From: Deltaproteobacteria bacterium
Lineage (GTDB): Bacteria > Desulfobacterota_D > UBA1144 > Nemesobacterales > UBA2774
Assembly (NCBI GenBank): GCA_029262255.1
Contig: JAJCZT010000050.1
Span: 1 to 40,062 of the forward strand
Length of the DNA stretch: 40,062 nucleotides
Direction of reading: 5' to 3'
The translations under genes and the position numbers were made by a program. The notes below the pieces were generated by a model, which was given only the letters and a program-made list of their open reading frames with translations, was not told where the DNA came from and ran no database searches. Positions 37,068-40,062 of this stretch are shown piece by piece (positions within the stretch are counted from its first letter, which is position 1; each line of letters starts with the position of its first letter).

Positions 37068-38030
37068 TTATCCTGAAAATAGTTCAAGTTGCATATAATT
37101 TCTTAGATTAATAATTGAGTCAGGAGGCGGGGCATAGCCTTTGATTACCTCCGGGTGTATGGCTCTTGCCAGGATTTCCAGTCCGTCCACAATCCTTGGT
37201 CCGGGTCTACTGAAATATGAATTGGCATCGACTAAATAAATTTGCCCTCTAGTTGTTGCAGGGAGAGAAAACCACTCGTCTTTTGAAGATACTACATCTA
37301 ATTCATTTAGGGTTTTTTCTACATCAAACCCGCAGGGCATTATAAAGAGCATCTGAGGGGCAAAATCCGCAATTTCTTCCCACGTAACTTGAAATGAGGG
37401 CTCTCCGGGCTTTCCTATACCGTTGTCTCCGCCCGCGATTTCAACCATTTCAGGTACCCAGTGTCCCCCGGCATAAGGGGGGTCAAGCCACTCGAGACAA
37501 AATACCCTGGGACGGTCTCTCTCGTTTTCAAGCAGCGATCTAATTCTCTCTACTCTGGCTTTGAGCTTATCTGTGATCTCAATTGCTATTTCTTTAGTCC
37601 CGGTAGCCTCACCGATTGTAATTATCGTATCGAATATTTCACTTATGGTTGTAGGTTCTAAAGAAACTATTTCAGGTGTGTGACCCAATACCTCCACAGC
37701 TTCCATCACTTGACTGCCGGATACCGCGCACACTTCGCAGAGCTGCTGAGTTAAAATAATGTCCGGGTTAGCTTCTCTAAGAGCGTCTTTGTCGACAAGA
37801 TATGTGCTTTTTCCTTCCATAGCGTTCTTTGCAACCAGATCGTCTATTTCTCTACTCGAGAGCTTTTTGTGATCCAAGAAGCTCATTATTACGGTTTTCT
37901 TGTCTTTAACCTCAGGCGGATAGTTGCATTCATGAGTTACTCCGACAAGGTTATTACCCCGTCCCAGTTCATAGACGATTTCAGTCGTGCTTGGAAGAAA
38001 TGAACAAATGCGCATATCATACGCCCCCAT
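37068..38030 (-). CDS. BtuF/TroA-like binding-protein homologue lacking a signal peptide
   Basis: RICSFLPSTTEIVYELG..LVGVTHECNYP and NPDIIL are the same fold opening as the neighbouring gene, but with no hydrophobic leader. An alternative start at ATG 38015 (MRICSF) also gives no leader. Confidence 0.7.
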   Translation of the reverse strand: MGAYDMRICSFLPSTTEIVYELGRGNNLVGVTHECNYPPEVKDKKTVIMSFLDHKKLSSREIDDLVAKNAMEGKSTYLVDKDALREANPDIILTQQLCEVCAVSGSQVMEAVEVLGHTPEIVSLEPTTISEIFDTIITIGEATGTKEIAIEITDKLKARVERIRSLLENERDRPRVFCLEWLDPPYAGGHWVPEMVEIAGGDNGIGKPGEPSFQVTWEEIADFAPQMLFIMPCGFDVEKTLNELDVVSSKDEWFSLPATTRGQIYLVDANSYFSRPGPRIVDGLEILARAIHPEVIKGYAPPPDSIINLRNYMQLELFSG

Positions 38031-38118
38031 CTTATTCTTTTTTAGGGAGAAGTAAGCTTAATTTGCCCACCTCTCCCATATAATTATCATTAACCGGAAT
38101 GGTTGTTTATGCAAATAC

Positions 38119-39615
38119 TTACTGCGTCTGAAGGGTTGAATCAACAGAGCCCAATTGCTCGCTTATTCCTGTTATAAAGTATATATCTGCTCCTGTAAAA
38201 TCTACTCCGGGCTCACCCGGCCTGATAGCAAGTGACTGCACACCGTCAAAGAGCTGTGAATTTGGATCATCGCCTCTAATTCCTGCCGGGAAAGGAGTGA
38301 TATACGGGAACGGATCAACCTGGTCTGTGCTCGTATCCAGCACGGCAACTTGATCCGAGTTAAATAGCGTCGTAAAGAGCAGGCCGTCTTTTATGGCGAT
38401 GTCAGCCGTGTTATTTAAACCTGTGAGATCAGTGATGATAATCGGGTTGTCGGGTCCGTTAATTACAGTGCCTTCAAAAAGATCCACTTTTAAAAGAGCG
38501 CCTACAAGCCCTAGCCCGGTGTAGCCAAATCCGTCTGAAGTTGCCGTTAGATTATTTGGCAGACAGACATTGGAATTTTGCTCATTTAAAGGGATATCTA
38601 TGCTATCAAAGACCGTATCTGTTCCAATATCGATTAAGTCGATTGAAGGTGGGAAATCAAAATCGCAGGAAAACTCAAAAGTTTCGAAGTCAAAAAGTAT
38701 GTTTCCGTTATTTAAAACATAAAGCGTGTCGTCAATTGTAGTCATGCTCGAGGTGTTAGCGCCTGAGGCATCTATAATGTCTAGCACCTGATTTGTTCCG
38801 CTGCTTAAGACGGTGAGAAAACCGTTTCCATTAGGACTAAAATTTTCATCTAAGTTGTTATTAGATATATAAACTTTACCGTTTGCTGCTTTTACACCGG
38901 AGGGCTCTTCAAATGTGTTCGAAGGTACGTTAATAACGTTCTCACACGGTATTGTGGTTCCCTGGTCTTCGGCGCTGACTATCAATGTCTCGCATGCTCC
39001 AGTCTGGATATTTACAACAGCAACGCTTTGGCTACTGTTATTTGCCACATAAGCCTGATTGTCTCCTAAGAAATCCATGGAAATCGGATTTGAACCCGGG
39101 GGAACTACAATAACATCCAAGAGTTGAGGAGGATTTTGATTTAAATCAAACACCTGAATATTATTTGAGAATCCATTTATGACGTATGCTCTGCTGCCCC
39201 TGATCTTTATATCCGCAGGTACGCTGCCCAGAGTTGCGAGATTGCGTTCCACCGCATTTCTTAAAAGTGTAACTCCCACTATGGTATCCAGTACGATATT
39301 TCCATTATTTGTTACCAGAACATTGAAAGTATCATCTGTGCTGCCCATAAATGTCGGATCAAAGCTGCCGTCGGGAAGACCCACAGTTGTCTTTGTTTCT
39401 CCGGTGTCGAGATTGGTAACCTCAACCGTGCTTCCGCGAGGGACTGATCCCTGTGTTCCGCCGACTTTAATTAACTGGTTATTACCTGCCCTTTCGGCAA
39501 CTGCCAGTATATCTCCAGTCGGAACAAAACCGCCACCACTGTTTCCTCCACTGTCACAACCTACAAAAACCGCTCCGAAGAAACTAAAAACAAATATTGT
39601 TAATAAAAGTCTCAT
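38119..39615 (-). CDS. Lipoprotein with YVTN/YncE-like beta-propeller repeats
   Basis: AGGAGG lies 8 nt before the ATG. The signal peptide ends in the lipobox-like FVGC, followed by a Gly/Ser linker. There are about seven repeats of the pattern (A/K)YV(I/A)N...N.(V/I).V(F/V)(D/N), for example RAYVINGFSNNIQVFDLN and QAYVANNSSQSVAVVNIQTG. Confidence 0.65.
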   Translation of the reverse strand: MRLLLTIFVFSFFGAVFVGCDSGGNSGGGFVPTGDILAVAERAGNNQLIKVGGTQGSVPRGSTVEVTNLDTGETKTTVGLPDGSFDPTFMGSTDDTFNVLVTNNGNIVLDTIVGVTLLRNAVERNLATLGSVPADIKIRGSRAYVINGFSNNIQVFDLNQNPPQLLDVIVVPPGSNPISMDFLGDNQAYVANNSSQSVAVVNIQTGACETLIVSAEDQGTTIPCENVINVPSNTFEEPSGVKAANGKVYISNNNLDENFSPNGNGFLTVLSSGTNQVLDIIDASGANTSSMTTIDDTLYVLNNGNILFDFETFEFSCDFDFPPSIDLIDIGTDTVFDSIDIPLNEQNSNVCLPNNLTATSDGFGYTGLGLVGALLKVDLFEGTVINGPDNPIIITDLTGLNNTADIAIKDGLLFTTLFNSDQVAVLDTSTDQVDPFPYITPFPAGIRGDDPNSQLFDGVQSLAIRPGEPGVDFTGADIYFITGISEQLGSVDSTLQTQ

Positions 39616-39650
39616 TCTAAAATCCTCCTTTATGTTGTTCTTGTTTATTT

Positions 39651-40062
39651 TTATTTATCAAAATTCACACCCGCTGTTACGAAAAATGTTCTTCCCGGAA
39701 GGGGGAAGTCAAGTGCGTCCCTTACGTCAAGATTGTTGAAAAGGTTCTTTACTTCGAAAGTAGCAAATATGCTTTTCCATTCTCCTTTAACTCCAATGTT
39801 GTGAGTAGTTCTCGGATTGGTAGTGCGCGCGTTTGGGAAAGCATTTAAAGGGATGCTGTCTACATAATGAGTTTCCCAAAATACGGCTGCTATGTTGTGG
39901 CTTAATACGGCTCTGAAATCAAATTTGTTCCGCGGTCTTCCCGGGAGCTGGGCACCGGTTTCTTCAACCTCTCCGTCTAAAAATGTGTATGCACCATAAA
40001 GCTCCAGAAAATCAAAGGGCCTTAATATAAGGCTTGTTTCTACACCCTGCTCATCTACGTTT
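39651..40062 (-). CDS. TonB-dependent outer-membrane receptor, C-terminal 136 codons (5' part beyond window end)
   Basis: This is not in the ORF track because it has no start in the window. My hand translation of the minus strand from 40061 is NVDEQGVETSLILRPFDFLELYGAYTFLDGEVEETGAQLPGRPRNKFDF...GVKGEWKSIFATFEVKNLFNNLDVRDALDFPLPGRTFFVTAGVNFDK*. It shows alternating beta-strand periodicity and the typical GRTFF..(G)V.F barrel terminus. TAA stop at 39651-53. Confidence 0.75.
   Translation of the reverse strand, partial: NVDEQGVETSLILRPFDFLELYGAYTFLDGEVEETGAQLPGRPRNKFDFRAVLSHNIAAVFWETHYVDSIPLNAFPNARTTNPRTTHNIGVKGEWKSIFATFEVKNLFNNLDVRDALDFPLPGRTFFVTAGVNFDK

Noticed and set aside
38031-38118. GGGAGA/TCTCCC hairpin between the lipoprotein and leaderless binding-protein genes
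   Set aside because: It is a 6-bp stem with a ~21-nt loop and no U-tract on the transcribed strand. It is unlikely to be a terminator or a recognisable regulatory RNA.
39179-39739. 186-aa plus-strand ORF
   Set aside because: It is antisense to the well-supported propeller lipoprotein gene and runs across that gene's start and the intergenic gap. The translation is low-complexity Pro/Ser/Thr-rich, typical of a shadow frame.
1-40062. Search for CRISPR arrays, transposases, integrases, reverse transcriptases, toxin-antitoxin pairs or known defence-system genes
   Set aside because: I saw no regularly spaced repeats, and none of the translated ORFs shows motifs of these families. Apart from the tRNA-fragment repeat, the window looks like core genome plus a few accessory-looking loci.

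Overview
This is a 40-kb, moderately AT-rich, densely coding window from a diderm bacterium, shown by MlaD-like, LapA-like and TonB-dependent receptor genes. The phylum cannot be assigned by eye. Most of it is ordinary core genome. One long minus-strand run carries aroA-cmk-rpsA-sppA-HIT, then lipA and apgM. Other core genes are mazG, an M24 peptidase, fabH, an A-type Fe-S carrier and an LLM oxidoreductase. I found no CRISPR array, transposase, integrase, reverse transcriptase, toxin-antitoxin pair or recognisable defence gene. Seven parts deserve a second look. (1) A 46-nt direct repeat of the 3' half of tRNA-Gly(CCC) brackets a 2.4-kb integrase-less islet carrying a PrpE-like acyl-CoA synthetase. 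(2) A murQ-anmK-nagZ peptidoglycan-recycling cluster ends in a sodium:solute-symporter gene instead of AmpG or MurP. (3) A five-gene minus-strand cluster (15473 to 9200) encodes a flavoprotein fused to a membrane module, a free-standing paralogue of that module, two GT2 glycosyltransferases and an MsbA/PglK-type ABC exporter. This is my best candidate for an uncharacterised system, probably glycoconjugate assembly and export. (4) A single polypeptide fuses acetyl-CoA carboxylase carboxyltransferase AccA to AccD, in alpha-then-beta order. (5) A 300-bp AT-rich divergent intergenic region with four TGGGATT copies leads into an 82-codon, locally GC-rich gene for a membrane-anchored Ala/Pro/Glu-rich protein. 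(6) A TonB-dependent receptor gene is followed by a beta-propeller lipoprotein, two tandem binding proteins (one without a signal peptide) and an ABC importer. (7) Two small oddities: an AEC transporter whose conserved N-terminus lies upstream of any canonical start codon, and a perfect 15-bp tandem duplication abutting the fabH ribosome-binding site. All functional calls rest on motif recognition by eye and no database search was run.
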